From Candidatus Cloacimonadales bacterium (GTDB taxonomy: Bacteria > Cloacimonadota > Cloacimonadia > Cloacimonadales > JAFGVF01): DNA of 64,000 bases. The notes under the pieces are model-generated. The model saw only the letters and a list, made by a program, of their open reading frames with translations. It ran no database searches and had not been told where the DNA came from. The position numbers were made by a program, and so were the translations under genes. Positions 37,426 through 47,301 of the stretch are shown in pieces (position 1 is the first letter of the stretch; the number at the start of each line of letters is the position of its first letter). Location: positions 2,144,001 to 2,208,000 of the forward strand of contig OY782781.1 in the NCBI GenBank assembly GCA_963678315.1. The letters are read 5' to 3'.

Positions 37426-40400
37426 ATGAAAAATAAGATTTTAATTATAATAATAATACTAACATTTATATATAATATTGCAGCTTTTACTACTGAATAT
37501 CCAGTAGTTGATCCTTTAAGTGCAGAATGGCAAGAAGCAGGATTGGATGGGGATGTACCTGTTCATCAAGAAGATGTTACTATATCTATATCAGAAATAG
37601 AAAATTTCGATTTGAGTGGTATATTAAATGTAGGGCAGGCAGACGAGATATACCCTTCTCCAACTAACATTGTTAGACTGTTGTTACCTCCAGGAGAATT
37701 CAATCTTACGCAACCAATTGAACTTCAATCTTACATAATTCTAAAAGGTAATCATCAATTTAGGAGAGATGAGGATAGAGCCCAAAGAACTACTTTAAAT
37801 TTTAATCTTGGGGATAATAAAAATTGCATTAATGTTGGTAGTAATACAGAAACTATGGAGAAAGTTGGTATTGAAGATTTATGGATTGTTAGGCAAGACA
37901 ATAGTGACTCTGCAAATACTAATACTGGTAATAATATACATTTTTCACATACTAATAATTGTTGGGTAATAGGTGTTGAAAGCACAACTCCCGTTACAAG
38001 TCACATAAGAATGATAGAATCAAATCATAATTATGTCGCCGGATGTTACTTTGATAATGCTCATAGACATGGAGATGGAGGACAAGGTTACGGAGCTTTT
38101 ATCGAGTATAATAGTCACCATATTCTTGTCGAAAACAATATCTTTAGAAGACTACGACATTCTATGGTAGTTCAGAATGGTGCACATCACAATGTTTTTG
38201 GATATAATACTGTAAAAAAATCCGAAAATACTTCAATTGAAGATTGGGGTCCAGATGGAGTAGCACCATGGATGGAGAACTTTGCTAAATGGATTATGAG
38301 CAGTATTGTACCTGGAGACTATACCGGTGATTTGATATGCCACGGAGAATCTTCTCAACATTATGGAGGACCTTATGAGGGACCTTATGAAAACTTATTT
38401 GAAGGTAATGTCTGTAATTCAATACAAATAGATTCATTCTGGGGCCAGAACAAAAAACATAACACTTTTTTTAGAAACAAATCCAGTAAATATGGTATTG
38501 CTATTTATCCAAAATTGAAGGGATCTTTTGATATACAAGATGAATCAGAAAAACAAACAGAGCAGATAACTATTAACAATTATTGTAAATCGAGACAACA
38601 TTGGACAGACGCTGGACCTCTGTATATGGCAGGAGGAGGGGCTACTGCTCTAGGGGCTACACTTTTATCTTTCATTCCAGAGGTTGGTCCCATCTTAGCG
38701 TTTGATTTCATTCTTTATGGCCTTAAAACAACAATAGATTATGCAAATTTTGGATATAAGTTAACTAATGGAAGGGGATTTGATGTAAAGCCTATTGAAA
38801 AAAATAATATAGTTAAAAGAATGAATTTTTGGGGTAACTATTATACAAGAACATGGACAGATGATGATTATGGTTCAGATTCTAAAGCTTGGGATGATGA
38901 ATCATATTATCGAACAGATATACCTGACTTTTGGGCTACAAGTTTAGAAAGTAGTTGGCCTTATCATCCTAAAAATTCCGATTCAATACCTTCAGAATTT
39001 AGATACAATGCCTTTGATAAAAAGACAGTATCAAGATATGATGATCCGAGCTATCTTCAAACATATTATATTACTGAAGATACTGAAATCCCATATGATT
39101 TGGTTGATGACTTAAGTTCACAAACTGGCAATCTTCATGTCCCAGAGAATACATTGTTAATAATAGACTCGAGCTCTTCAACTGATGGAATAACTCTAAG
39201 TTTTGAACGAAATAGTTTAATGGGAATAAGTGGGGCTGTTATGGTTAGAGGAACAAGTGATAAGCCTGTTACTTTTACTAATCTTCAACCAACTACTAAT
39301 GATAATGATAGATGGTATGGAATATATATAGGAAAAGAAGCTAGAGCAACATTTGATGATTCTTCATTTGAATGGGCAGTTTTTGAAAATGCAAAAGGTT
39401 CTAGCGGTTCCTCTGGTGGAGCTTTTAATTTTGATAATAATTTTTCAAATTTAGACTACACTGTAACTTTCGATAATTGTATCTTTAGGAATAATTTATC
39501 TCCAAGTGTTCCTGAATCAACAAATATTAATAATGGTGATGGTGGTGCTATCTTTATTAAAAACCGTAATGACGATGATATGATACATACTGTCTTTAAT
39601 AATTGTAGTTTCCTTAATAATAATTCAGCATTTGATGGTGGTGCTATATACGCTGACGGTGCTCCTCCAATAATTATGAATTGCTATTTTGAAGACAATC
39701 AAGCTAGAAGAGGTGGTGCTATATCTATCCTTGGGAATGATGATAACAGGGACATTGTAATAGCTGGATCTGTTTTTAATAACAACAGTGCTAATGATAA
39801 CTATGGTGCTGTATATATAGAACAGAGCAAAACCCATGATTCTTCAAGTTATAATACTTTCATCCAAAATAATACATTTGTAAATAATACTGCACTTTCG
39901 GGTTTTGGTGGCGGAATATCAATGAAAAATGTAAGCAAATCTGTTTATTTTATTAACAATATCTTTAGAGATAATTATGCTACTAATAGTTCTGCAGTCT
40001 ATGGTGTTGGACATTCAATATTATATTTATTACATGATAATTTAGTTAATAATCATGAGGTAGTTTTTGAATCAAATTCGATAGAAGGGTTTAATTTAAT
40101 AGATAATCCTTCTAATGACTATATCTCATATGCAAGTTATAATGATAATTATGTATATTCTTCTATGAATCTAAACTACACTGCCAACAATAATATTTAC
40201 AGTAATCCTTTAATATACGATAATATTAAAATTGATACTTTTTCACCATGCTTTAATAGTGGTTTCTTACCTTCTGAGAATGAAGATGCAACTGTTTTTT
40301 GTTCATTACCACATGATATTGCTGGAATGAATAGAATAGCTGGAGGATCAATTGATATCGGAGCTTTTGAGTTTAATGAAGTTTATATTGATATAGATAC

Positions 40401-41877
40401 TGAGGAGATAGTATTGGGTAATATAAATCCTGATTCTCCTAGAGAATTTAAATTCAGAATTATAAACACAAGTGATAACACAACGATATCAAATATTACT
40501 ATTGATGTATCTGAAGATTTAGGTGATGTACTAGTATTTGACAATCATCTAAATGAGCTTACTCCAAACTCCAGTATGACTATCATTGGTAATTTTTATC
40601 CTACTAGCATGTATAAAACTTATAATGGATTTATCAGTATTAAATCAGATAATATCATGAATACCGATATCTCAATTCCATTCAATGCTAATACTCATAT
40701 ACATTCTGCTTGGAACTGGGTTTCTTTCCCAACCGTAAGTGGAAGTATGAATAATAATCAACTGTTTGAGACAATTGATCCATATGGGATTAGTATTATG
40801 TATAAAAATGATTATGCAACATTAGATAGTAATGGATGGAGTGTAAATGGGCTTGATACAATCTATAGTTCAGCTTTCTACAAAATTAATATGGTAGATT
40901 ATTCAAAGCAATATGATATTCCATATAATATGGAAAACACACAGACTTCAATTAATTTATATCCAGGTGTAGATAACTGGGTAGGGTATTGGTTGGATGA
41001 AAGTAAGAACATGAAAGATGCATTTGGAGATAATTTTGATAAAGTAACATCTATGAAATCTGAGAAATGGAGTTATGCTCCAATTCCTATCAATCCCAGA
41101 AAAGATCTCAATATTACTACACCACCTAGTTGGATAACTCACACATTGCACAAGGGGAGAGGTTATATTGTAAGAGTAAATGAAACTATACAAGGGTTTA
41201 GTTGGGAAAATTCAGGAACACAATACTTAATGAAGGGGGCAACACCTAAATTAGAACATTATAATTTCAAGACTACAGATGATTATATGGTGATGGACAT
41301 AATCAATATTGATGATAATATAACAGAAATTGGTGCATTCCAAGAAGATGTTTGTGTTGGGGCTACTGCTGTTGCTGATAATCAAGCACAACTATTATTA
41401 TACCCAAGTGCCGCTAAGAGTAATAATCTAGACTTGAGAATCGAGTATATAAGTGAGAATAAGAGTAATACAGTTGATAATATTTATGTATATGACTTTA
41501 AGAGAAATGATTTTGATGCTTCATATAACTTAACCCTCGAAAAATCATATTACTTGGTCTCTTTTAATGACCCATATTCTGATAATAATGTAACTACTCC
41601 AAAATTAAGGTTATATGGTAATTATCCAAACCCATTTAACCCTGAGACAAATATAACATTTGATATACAATGTGATTCAAAGGTAAAACTTGAGATCTAT
41701 AATATCAAAGGTCAGAAGGTAAAAACACTTATTGATAGTAGATTGTCTGCTGGTAATCACAGTGCAATTTGGAATGGGACAAACTCAAGTAACAAGTCTG
41801 TGGCTTCTGGTGTTTACTTCTACAAACTTAAATCGGATGGTAAGGAGTTAACCAAGAAGATGATTCTTCTAAAATAG
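37426..41877 (+). CDS. Large secreted beta-helix protein (pectin-lyase-like plus Pmp-like repeats) with FlgD-Ig CTD
   Basis: Signal peptide; GDGGQGYG/ENNIFRRLRH beta-helix; GGAI/FxxN repeats; GGSIDIGAFE; NYPNPFNPET...VASGVYFYKL. Confidence 0.85.
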   Translation: MKNKILIIIIILTFIYNIAAFTTEYPVVDPLSAEWQEAGLDGDVPVHQEDVTISISEIENFDLSGILNVGQADEIYPSPTNIVRLLLPPGEFNLTQPIELQSYIILKGNHQFRRDEDRAQRTTLNFNLGDNKNCINVGSNTETMEKVGIEDLWIVRQDNSDSANTNTGNNIHFSHTNNCWVIGVESTTPVTSHIRMIESNHNYVAGCYFDNAHRHGDGGQGYGAFIEYNSHHILVENNIFRRLRHSMVVQNGAHHNVFGYNTVKKSENTSIEDWGPDGVAPWMENFAKWIMSSIVPGDYTGDLICHGESSQHYGGPYEGPYENLFEGNVCNSIQIDSFWGQNKKHNTFFRNKSSKYGIAIYPKLKGSFDIQDESEKQTEQITINNYCKSRQHWTDAGPLYMAGGGATALGATLLSFIPEVGPILAFDFILYGLKTTIDYANFGYKLTNGRGFDVKPIEKNNIVKRMNFWGNYYTRTWTDDDYGSDSKAWDDESYYRTDIPDFWATSLESSWPYHPKNSDSIPSEFRYNAFDKKTVSRYDDPSYLQTYYITEDTEIPYDLVDDLSSQTGNLHVPENTLLIIDSSSSTDGITLSFERNSLMGISGAVMVRGTSDKPVTFTNLQPTTNDNDRWYGIYIGKEARATFDDSSFEWAVFENAKGSSGSSGGAFNFDNNFSNLDYTVTFDNCIFRNNLSPSVPESTNINNGDGGAIFIKNRNDDDMIHTVFNNCSFLNNNSAFDGGAIYADGAPPIIMNCYFEDNQARRGGAISILGNDDNRDIVIAGSVFNNNSANDNYGAVYIEQSKTHDSSSYNTFIQNNTFVNNTALSGFGGGISMKNVSKSVYFINNIFRDNYATNSSAVYGVGHSILYLLHDNLVNNHEVVFESNSIEGFNLIDNPSNDYISYASYNDNYVYSSMNLNYTANNNIYSNPLIYDNIKIDTFSPCFNSGFLPSENEDATVFCSLPHDIAGMNRIAGGSIDIGAFEFNEVYIDIDTEEIVLGNINPDSPREFKFRIINTSDNTTISNITIDVSEDLGDVLVFDNHLNELTPNSSMTIIGNFYPTSMYKTYNGFISIKSDNIMNTDISIPFNANTHIHSAWNWVSFPTVSGSMNNNQLFETIDPYGISIMYKNDYATLDSNGWSVNGLDTIYSSAFYKINMVDYSKQYDIPYNMENTQTSINLYPGVDNWVGYWLDESKNMKDAFGDNFDKVTSMKSEKWSYAPIPINPRKDLNITTPPSWITHTLHKGRGYIVRVNETIQGFSWENSGTQYLMKGATPKLEHYNFKTTDDYMVMDIINIDDNITEIGAFQEDVCVGATAVADNQAQLLLYPSAAKSNNLDLRIEYISENKSNTVDNIYVYDFKRNDFDASYNLTLEKSYYLVSFNDPYSDNNVTTPKLRLYGNYPNPFNPETNITFDIQCDSKVKLEIYNIKGQKVKTLIDSRLSAGNHSAIWNGTNSSNKSVASGVYFYKLKSDGKELTKKMILLK

Positions 41878-41954
41878 TGTCATATGATCTCATGAGCTAT
41901 AGAGTCCTGTTATAAAGGGTTTTATAAGGAATGATCAAAATGATAAAGATACTT

Positions 41955-41980
41955 AAAGGCACAGCATTAGTTGTGCCTTT
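41955..41980 (+). terminator. Rho-independent terminator
   Basis: AAAGGCACA-N8-TGTGCCTTT followed by T/A. Confidence 0.65.
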
Positions 41981-42247
41981 TATATTATAATACTATATTG
42001 GTGATTGTCCCATATCTATTTTTTCTTCAACAGCGATGTATTATCCTTGGAGTTTTATTGGCTCTTGTTTAAGCCTACGAGAAGCATACTGTCTCTAATG
42101 ATGATCAATAAAGCATTTATTGAACTTATTAATTATAAACAATAACTTTAATTACTTATATTACAGGGCTATAATACTTTAACTATTCATATAAAAACTG
42201 TTCCTACACTTAAGTTGAAGTTGAACTTGAACCGTTTTATTTGTTGA

Positions 42248-42730
42248 AATGTCATTCCCTATAACATTCATCCTAAAGGATTTTACAACTCTGGTGGTGA
42301 AACTACAGAGTAGTTAAAAGTATTAAAAGCTACTCTTATGCTCCATAATTTAACTATCATTTCAGTGTCTGAAGGAACTATCAAATTAGTCAATAAAGCA
42401 GACTCTAACACAAATCTAATTGTGGTTGAAAAGGCTGATGTGATAGAGTTTAAACGTAAAAGAATAAATCGTACAGTACCTGATACTTCCATCCTAGATT
42501 GTTTAATTGGTGATTTGAAACTCTTGAAAAACATTTTATCAGATTCTTACATTGAACTTTTAAGTCAGATTTGGGAGCTAACATCCACTATCGACAATCT
42601 TGAGAAGTACACTATCTCACTGTTTGATAGAATACAAATTGAAGATAAACAATACAAGGTTACTGAGATTCAACGAGATACAAAAGAAAATGAATACAAA
42701 TTAAAAGCATGGGAGTTACCTAATGTTTAA
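42248..42730 (+). pseudogene. 3' remnant of a phage structural (tail-region) gene
   Basis: ORF 42338-42730 has no RBS; its frame extends upstream through TAG at 42311 (NVIPYNIHPKGFYNSGGETTE*LKVLKATL); overlaps the next operon gene. Confidence 0.55.
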
Positions 42731-43172
42731 GTTTGATGGTTTTAGAATCATCTCAATAACTGATGGTATAGTAGATGGTTATGTAGTTCCAGATGCAACA
42801 GTTGAGTATCAGCCTGAAATCAAATACAGGATAGAAAAGAAGAATGCTTTTGATCCAACTATCATTATTAAAAGAGATCCTTATCATGATGACCAGATTG
42901 AATGCGAAGCTATACTATTACCAACTGAATACAACACTCTATGTAGTCATTTAACAACTGCTGATCAACTATTTATAGAGTTTGATACAGCAAGCCAAAC
43001 TTTACAATTTCCAGTTACAGTCGATAAACTACCAAAACTTGAAGATGAAACCAGATCATTTAAAAGCCAAGTTAAATTCACACTTAGTTCAATCTATACC
43101 TCTCTTGAATTCATAGACTTTGATAATGTCTTTGGCTATGGAAATGACTGGGGTGAGAACTGGGGATTTTAG
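42723..43172 (+). CDS. Phage hypothetical protein (distal tail region)
   Basis: Coupled operon; C-term FGYGNDWGENWGF. Confidence 0.6.
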   Translation: MFKFDGFRIISITDGIVDGYVVPDATVEYQPEIKYRIEKKNAFDPTIIIKRDPYHDDQIECEAILLPTEYNTLCSHLTTADQLFIEFDTASQTLQFPVTVDKLPKLEDETRSFKSQVKFTLSSIYTSLEFIDFDNVFGYGNDWGENWGF

Positions 43173-43181
43173 GAGAAAAAT

Positions 43182-44006
43182 ATGTCAGAAACAAATAACT
43201 ATAATTTATATAAACCTGCCTCTGGTGAATCAGGATGGGCTCAGGCACTTAATAGCAACTTTGATATCATAGATACTCAAATTAAATCAGCTCATGATAG
43301 TATTTCAAACCATACTAGTTCAGGAAGTAACAAGCACACAGCATCACAGATTAGCACAGCTGATGGCTCTAATGTTGAATCTAAACTATCAACACTATTT
43401 TCAAGTAAAGCAGACACGAGTCACACTCATGATTATGCAAATTCAAATCATGCTCATAGTACAGATAGTGTTAAGAATAACCAGGGAACTTCACTTACAT
43501 CTATCTTAGGGCAGTTAGATTCAAAGGTAGGAAGTATTGAAAATACGCTAAAGTTTCTATCACCAAACCTTGATAAAGTAACAGTATCAGCATTCATAAC
43601 TAATCAAGCTAGTGGTATTAGAATCATGTGTAGCCTTGTGCCATTAATAAACGTACATAATTGGAATATACGTGTTATAAAAGCAGGTAGAACCTTAGCT
43701 GAAGCAACTAGTGCTAGTTCTTATATTTTTATACATAAGGATTCATTAGAGGGCATATCTGATGGTGAAACTGTTGAAGTAGTTGTTACTGCCTTATCAG
43801 GTCAAAGCAGTCAGACAGCAGTTTATAGCCACAAGTTTATGCATATTAATACACATATAGAAGAACGCTTAGACAGTGTAGAACATCAACTTACTATCGG
43901 AAATATCATAGATGCATTTGCTCAAGATGCTGATGCCTTGCAAGCACTTGCCAATGTTCTTCATTCATCAAACACCTTAGCACAGAAAGTAGCAGAGTTA
44001 AGATAA
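43182..44006 (+). CDS. Tail-fibre-like protein
   Basis: TNNYNLYKPASGE...LNSNFDIIDTQIK and KADTSHTHD motifs typical of fibre N-termini. Confidence 0.65.
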   Translation: MSETNNYNLYKPASGESGWAQALNSNFDIIDTQIKSAHDSISNHTSSGSNKHTASQISTADGSNVESKLSTLFSSKADTSHTHDYANSNHAHSTDSVKNNQGTSLTSILGQLDSKVGSIENTLKFLSPNLDKVTVSAFITNQASGIRIMCSLVPLINVHNWNIRVIKAGRTLAEATSASSYIFIHKDSLEGISDGETVEVVVTALSGQSSQTAVYSHKFMHINTHIEERLDSVEHQLTIGNIIDAFAQDADALQALANVLHSSNTLAQKVAELR

Positions 44007-44248
44007 TGAATTCAATTAGAGAAAACACCCTTTTTGATTTAATTAACAGAAAGACAAAACCAACCATCTCAACAGATAAGAATATAGCCTTTATAAAGCC
44101 TGTCTATTCAACTGTTGATGAGAAAGAAGATTTAGGAATCCAGGACCAGAACCTTATTCTTTCAGGAGAAGAGTTTCCAAGCTCTGCGAGAGATGGTCAA
44201 ATATTCATAAAGAACGGAAAAACATATATTTATAAGGAGAACCAATGA
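44006..44248 (+). CDS. Phage hypothetical protein
   Basis: TAATG coupling; FPSSARDGQIFIK...YIYK. Confidence 0.6.
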   Translation: MNSIRENTLFDLINRKTKPTISTDKNIAFIKPVYSTVDEKEDLGIQDQNLILSGEEFPSSARDGQIFIKNGKTYIYKENQ

Positions 44249-44406
44249 CTTTTAAAGAGTTACTTCAAACACAGAAATTAGAGCTTACCCAGGAACATGA
44301 AAAGCTAAGAAGAGTTATCAACGATTCAAATCAAAGACTTCTTAAAACTGAAGGAGCCCTACTTATGATACAACACCTTGAAAAGCAAACATTAGAAGAG
44401 AAATAG
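44245..44406 (+). CDS. Small coiled-coil protein (53 aa, below ORF-track cut-off)
   Basis: AAGGAG RBS, ATGA overlap; MTFKELLQTQKLELTQEHEK...LEEK. Confidence 0.6.
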   Translation: MTFKELLQTQKLELTQEHEKLRRVINDSNQRLLKTEGALLMIQHLEKQTLEEK

Positions 44407-44407
44407 T

Positions 44408-44980
44408 ATGAGTGGTGTATGGAGAGAAATACTTGATTCAGCCAAGCTTGGAGTTGCAGGAGGTATAGCTCAATTAGATGGTTCGGGATTGCTTAAAGAT
44501 ACTCAAGTTCCATCTATCCCCTCAACTAAGATTACAGGATTGATTCCAGCCAATAGCATACCTAATATTGATGCATCTAAAATCATATCAGGAGTTCTTG
44601 GAACTAGTAGAATACCAAGTCTAGACGCATCAAAGATAACTTCAGGATCATTCTTATCAAGCAGAATACCGACACTAGAGCAAAGCAAAATTAATGGTTT
44701 ATCTACAGCTCTTAATAGTAAAGTTAACACTTCAAGAAAGATAAATGGCAAAGCATTAACAGCAGATATATCGATAGATAAAGGAGATGTAGGGTTAACT
44801 AATGCAGAGAATAAATCCTCTGCTACCATAAGATCTGAAATATCACTGACTAACATAATTGATACAGGAATCGATACTTCCTCAATTATAAAGCAAGTTA
44901 CTCAACTACCTGCAAGTGGAAATGATGGTCAGATGGTTAAGCTTAATGGCTCGATTTACGTGTGGAAGGATACAGTTTAA
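44408..44980 (+). CDS. Tail-fibre-like repeat protein
   Basis: GVAGGIAQLD; repeated IPxxDASKIxSG; DVGLTNAENKSSATIR. Confidence 0.7.
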   Translation: MSGVWREILDSAKLGVAGGIAQLDGSGLLKDTQVPSIPSTKITGLIPANSIPNIDASKIISGVLGTSRIPSLDASKITSGSFLSSRIPTLEQSKINGLSTALNSKVNTSRKINGKALTADISIDKGDVGLTNAENKSSATIRSEISLTNIIDTGIDTSSIIKQVTQLPASGNDGQMVKLNGSIYVWKDTV

Positions 44981-45636
44981 TGTGGGAAAAGATAGTTCAA
45001 AATAGAGAGCCTAAAGATATTTATAGTGATGAATTACAGTCTTATGATTATACTTTAGGAGAGGCTGTTCCTTCAAATCCTGATTTTATTCATACTAATG
45101 GAGGATTAGTTTTAACTATAAAAGTGCCTGTCTTGTTAGTAAATTGGGAAACTGTCTTCCAGGATAAAGAGAATCCTCTCTTTCAGATATACAAGTATCT
45201 ACCCAAAGAGATAGATAAAAGTGAGCTTTACCATGAAGAGTTGGTTAAAGATGCTGTTGCTGGACCTAATGAAATAGACTGTAACATCTATTTAACTCCA
45301 GGAAGATATTATTTTAAGTTGTCAAACTGTAAAGTGGCATCATGCCCTACTACCTCATTTATACCTGAGAATAGTTTTATTATGCTTAATGATTGTCATG
45401 ATAAGAGTGATATTCCTAACTGGATTCAATACCCGATTAGTACTATTTGGCTAGCTTTTTATGGCTTAGAGTTTAGGATTAGAAAAGCTGATTTATACTT
45501 AGGATTTGAACCTTCAAAGCTACCAGACCACCTACTACTAGAGGGTGCTTTTTATCATTCTATTGATCAAGATGGAGCTATTAGGACCTACATATATCAC
45601 GATAAGCAACAGTTTATTGAAGGTCAGAAAATTTAG
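44980..45636 (+). CDS. Phage hypothetical protein
   Basis: Probable start MWEKIV by TAATG coupling; last plus-strand gene of the operon. Confidence 0.6.
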   Translation: MWEKIVQNREPKDIYSDELQSYDYTLGEAVPSNPDFIHTNGGLVLTIKVPVLLVNWETVFQDKENPLFQIYKYLPKEIDKSELYHEELVKDAVAGPNEIDCNIYLTPGRYYFKLSNCKVASCPTTSFIPENSFIMLNDCHDKSDIPNWIQYPISTIWLAFYGLEFRIRKADLYLGFEPSKLPDHLLLEGAFYHSIDQDGAIRTYIYHDKQQFIEGQKI

Positions 45637-45647
45637 CAAAAAAAAAT

Positions 45648-45675
45648 AAGCCCATCGTTTAAAGCTGATGGGCTT
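45648..45675. terminator. Bidirectional terminator
   Basis: AAGCCCATC-N10-GATGGGCTT between convergent genes, with an A-tract on the left. Confidence 0.7.
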
Positions 45676-45681
45676 TATAAT

Positions 45682-46050
45682 TTACCAAGTTCTAACCTTA
45701 TAAGTAACATCATTATATTCAAATTGCTCTAAATCAATCTTAGCAAGTTTAGCTATCTTATCAAACAACTGACCTAGTTCATCACGTTCACCAGTTTCAA
45801 TTAAGGTCTGTCCAGTCATCCCATCAAGATAATTAAAATCTATTACAGCTTTTTCAATAAGTTTAATTTTAAGATCTTGTTTAGCTCTTAAGCCAGCCTT
45901 AGCTAAGTTACTAATTAAGGTATCCATAATTTCAACTGCTCCATCACAGTTGGCTTTGCTGTATTGAGTCATGCCATCATTAAAATATCCTCTCCAAGTT
46001 TTAAAAGGGTAGCTTGTCTTTACCTGTTCTAATCTCTCTTTATAAGTCAT
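45682..46050 (-). CDS. Conserved right-terminal hypothetical protein, copy 1
   Basis: MTYKERLEQ...YPF...IETGERDEL...VRTW; AAGGAG RBS; paralogue at 61114. Confidence 0.8.
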   Translation of the reverse strand: MTYKERLEQVKTSYPFKTWRGYFNDGMTQYSKANCDGAVEIMDTLISNLAKAGLRAKQDLKIKLIEKAVIDFNYLDGMTGQTLIETGERDELGQLFDKIAKLAKIDLEQFEYNDVTYKVRTW

Positions 46051-46186
46051 CGTTAACTCCTTTAACTTCATTAATTTATATCTCTATATTAATGGTTTAA
46101 TGAAAGAAGTCAAGTCAAATAGACACTATTTTTAATATTTAACTACATATTATACAACAAGTTAGAGCTTATTTAAGTATAAAAAG

Positions 46187-46500
46187 TGACAGTACTTTTT
46201 CCTTAATCAAAAAATGGAAATGACGCTGTCACAAATTGAAGTAGCATATAATAGTCTAACTAACTAATAGCTATAAAGTTAAAGCTAAATTGATATAGTT
46301 ATACAGAACTGACAGAGTTTTTTCCTTAATCGTTATTTCAAAACAGAAAATGGAAACTATGCTGTCATTTGCAATTTTGGTTAGTAAAGTATGTTAAATG
46401 TTTAATATGTGGGGTTTTAACTGGCATAGAAGTCTATTCATATTGTTGAACTAAGGAAATCACGCTGGCACAACAAGGAAAAAACGCCTGTCACTTTATA
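46187..46500 (-). repeat. Right end of element 1: six TGACA-N6/7-TTTCC sites plus TIR
   Basis: Sites at 46187, 46216, 46310, 46352, 46455 (TGCCA variant) and 46477; TGTCACTTTATA at 46489-46500. Confidence 0.8.
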
Positions 46501-46518
46501 GTATCCTACTGGGTTCAT
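46501..46518 (-). pseudogene. 5' fragment (MNPVGY) of the split VOC gene, including right TSD GTATC
   Basis: AAGGA RBS, ATG AAC CCA GTA GGA TAC, in frame with FEIP at the left junction. Confidence 0.9.
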
Positions 46519-46592
46519 AATTATATCCTTTATAATTTAATTTGATTTATCATCAGCTATTATTATTTCGGATTTAAGTAAAATTGCAAGTA

Positions 46593-47159
46593 TTATTTGG
46601 ATTTATATTCTCTGAAAAGCAAAGAATAAACAGATTCATCCAGATAGCCCTTTCCTTCTACAAAAACATATTCTCTCAATGTACCTTCGTAAGTAAAAGC
46701 AAACTTCTCTGCAATCTTTACTGAAGCAAGATTCCTAGGATCACATCTTAGTTCTAATCTATTTATATTAAGAACATTGAAAGCATATTCTATTATTAAG
46801 CTTGTGAACTCTTTAGCATAACCTTTACCCCACTCTTCTTTGATTAAATCAGCTCCCAGTTCAATTGAGTTTGAACCTTTATTCCAATAGTGAAGTGCAA
46901 CCGTCCCTATTAGCTTATTAGGTTTATTTTTTAAGAATACCCCCCATCTAAAAGCATTACTTTCTTGATAGCTAGCATTCCATCTATTGATAAGATTATC
47001 AGCTTCTGCAATAATCTTTATAGCATTCCTTTGCATATACTTCATTGCTTCAATATCGGAATATATTGAAAATATAGAATGGCTATCTTCTAAAGTTATT
47101 CTTTTCAAAAGCAGTCTATTACTTTCTAATATGGGGAAATTAGTTAATTTTTGATTCAT
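46593..47159 (-). CDS. GNAT acetyltransferase (RimJ/RimL family)
   Basis: LESNRLLLK, EWGKGYA, NLASVKIAEK, FTYEGTLRE. Confidence 0.88.
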   Translation of the reverse strand: MNQKLTNFPILESNRLLLKRITLEDSHSIFSIYSDIEAMKYMQRNAIKIIAEADNLINRWNASYQESNAFRWGVFLKNKPNKLIGTVALHYWNKGSNSIELGADLIKEEWGKGYAKEFTSLIIEYAFNVLNINRLELRCDPRNLASVKIAEKFAFTYEGTLREYVFVEGKGYLDESVYSLLFREYKSK

Positions 47160-47181
47160 ATTTATACCTTTTTCTGAATAT

Positions 47182-47208
47182 AAAAAAGCCGACTGTTAAA
47201 GTCGGCTA
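47182..47208 (-). terminator. Rho-independent terminator of the tRNA operon
   Basis: AGCCGACT-N-AGTCGGCT hairpin with a U-tract on the minus strand. Confidence 0.8.
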
Positions 47209-47212
47209 AATA

Positions 47213-47287
47213 TGGAGCGGGAAATGGGGTTCGAACCCACGACCCCAACGTTGGCAACGTTGTGCTCTACCACTGAGCTACTCCCGC
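47213..47287 (-). tRNA. tRNA-Gly(GCC)
   Basis: GCGGGAGTAGCTCAGTGGTAGAGC...TTGCCAA...GGTTCGAACCC...CTCCA. Confidence 0.97.
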
Positions 47288-47301
47288 TTCTTAAAAATGT
47301 A

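Larger units (their letters stand above)
13457..46500 (+). mobile_element. Mu-like transposable prophage-derived element, 33,044 bp, virion module disrupted, carrying cargo
   Basis: 12-bp TIR TATAAAGTGACA/TGTCACTTTATA, 5-bp TSD, split host gene, repressor-Ner-MuA-MuB-DUF3164-terminase gene order. Confidence 0.93.

Noticed and set aside
43182..45636. Mu-type invertible G segment or mom gene
   Set aside because: No serine invertase, no flanking inverted repeats noticed, no Mom-like ORF.
46178..46202. TATAAAAAGTGACA as the left end of a nested mini-element
   Set aside because: It has two extra A's and N6 spacing, and no matching TSD; treated as an internal binding site.
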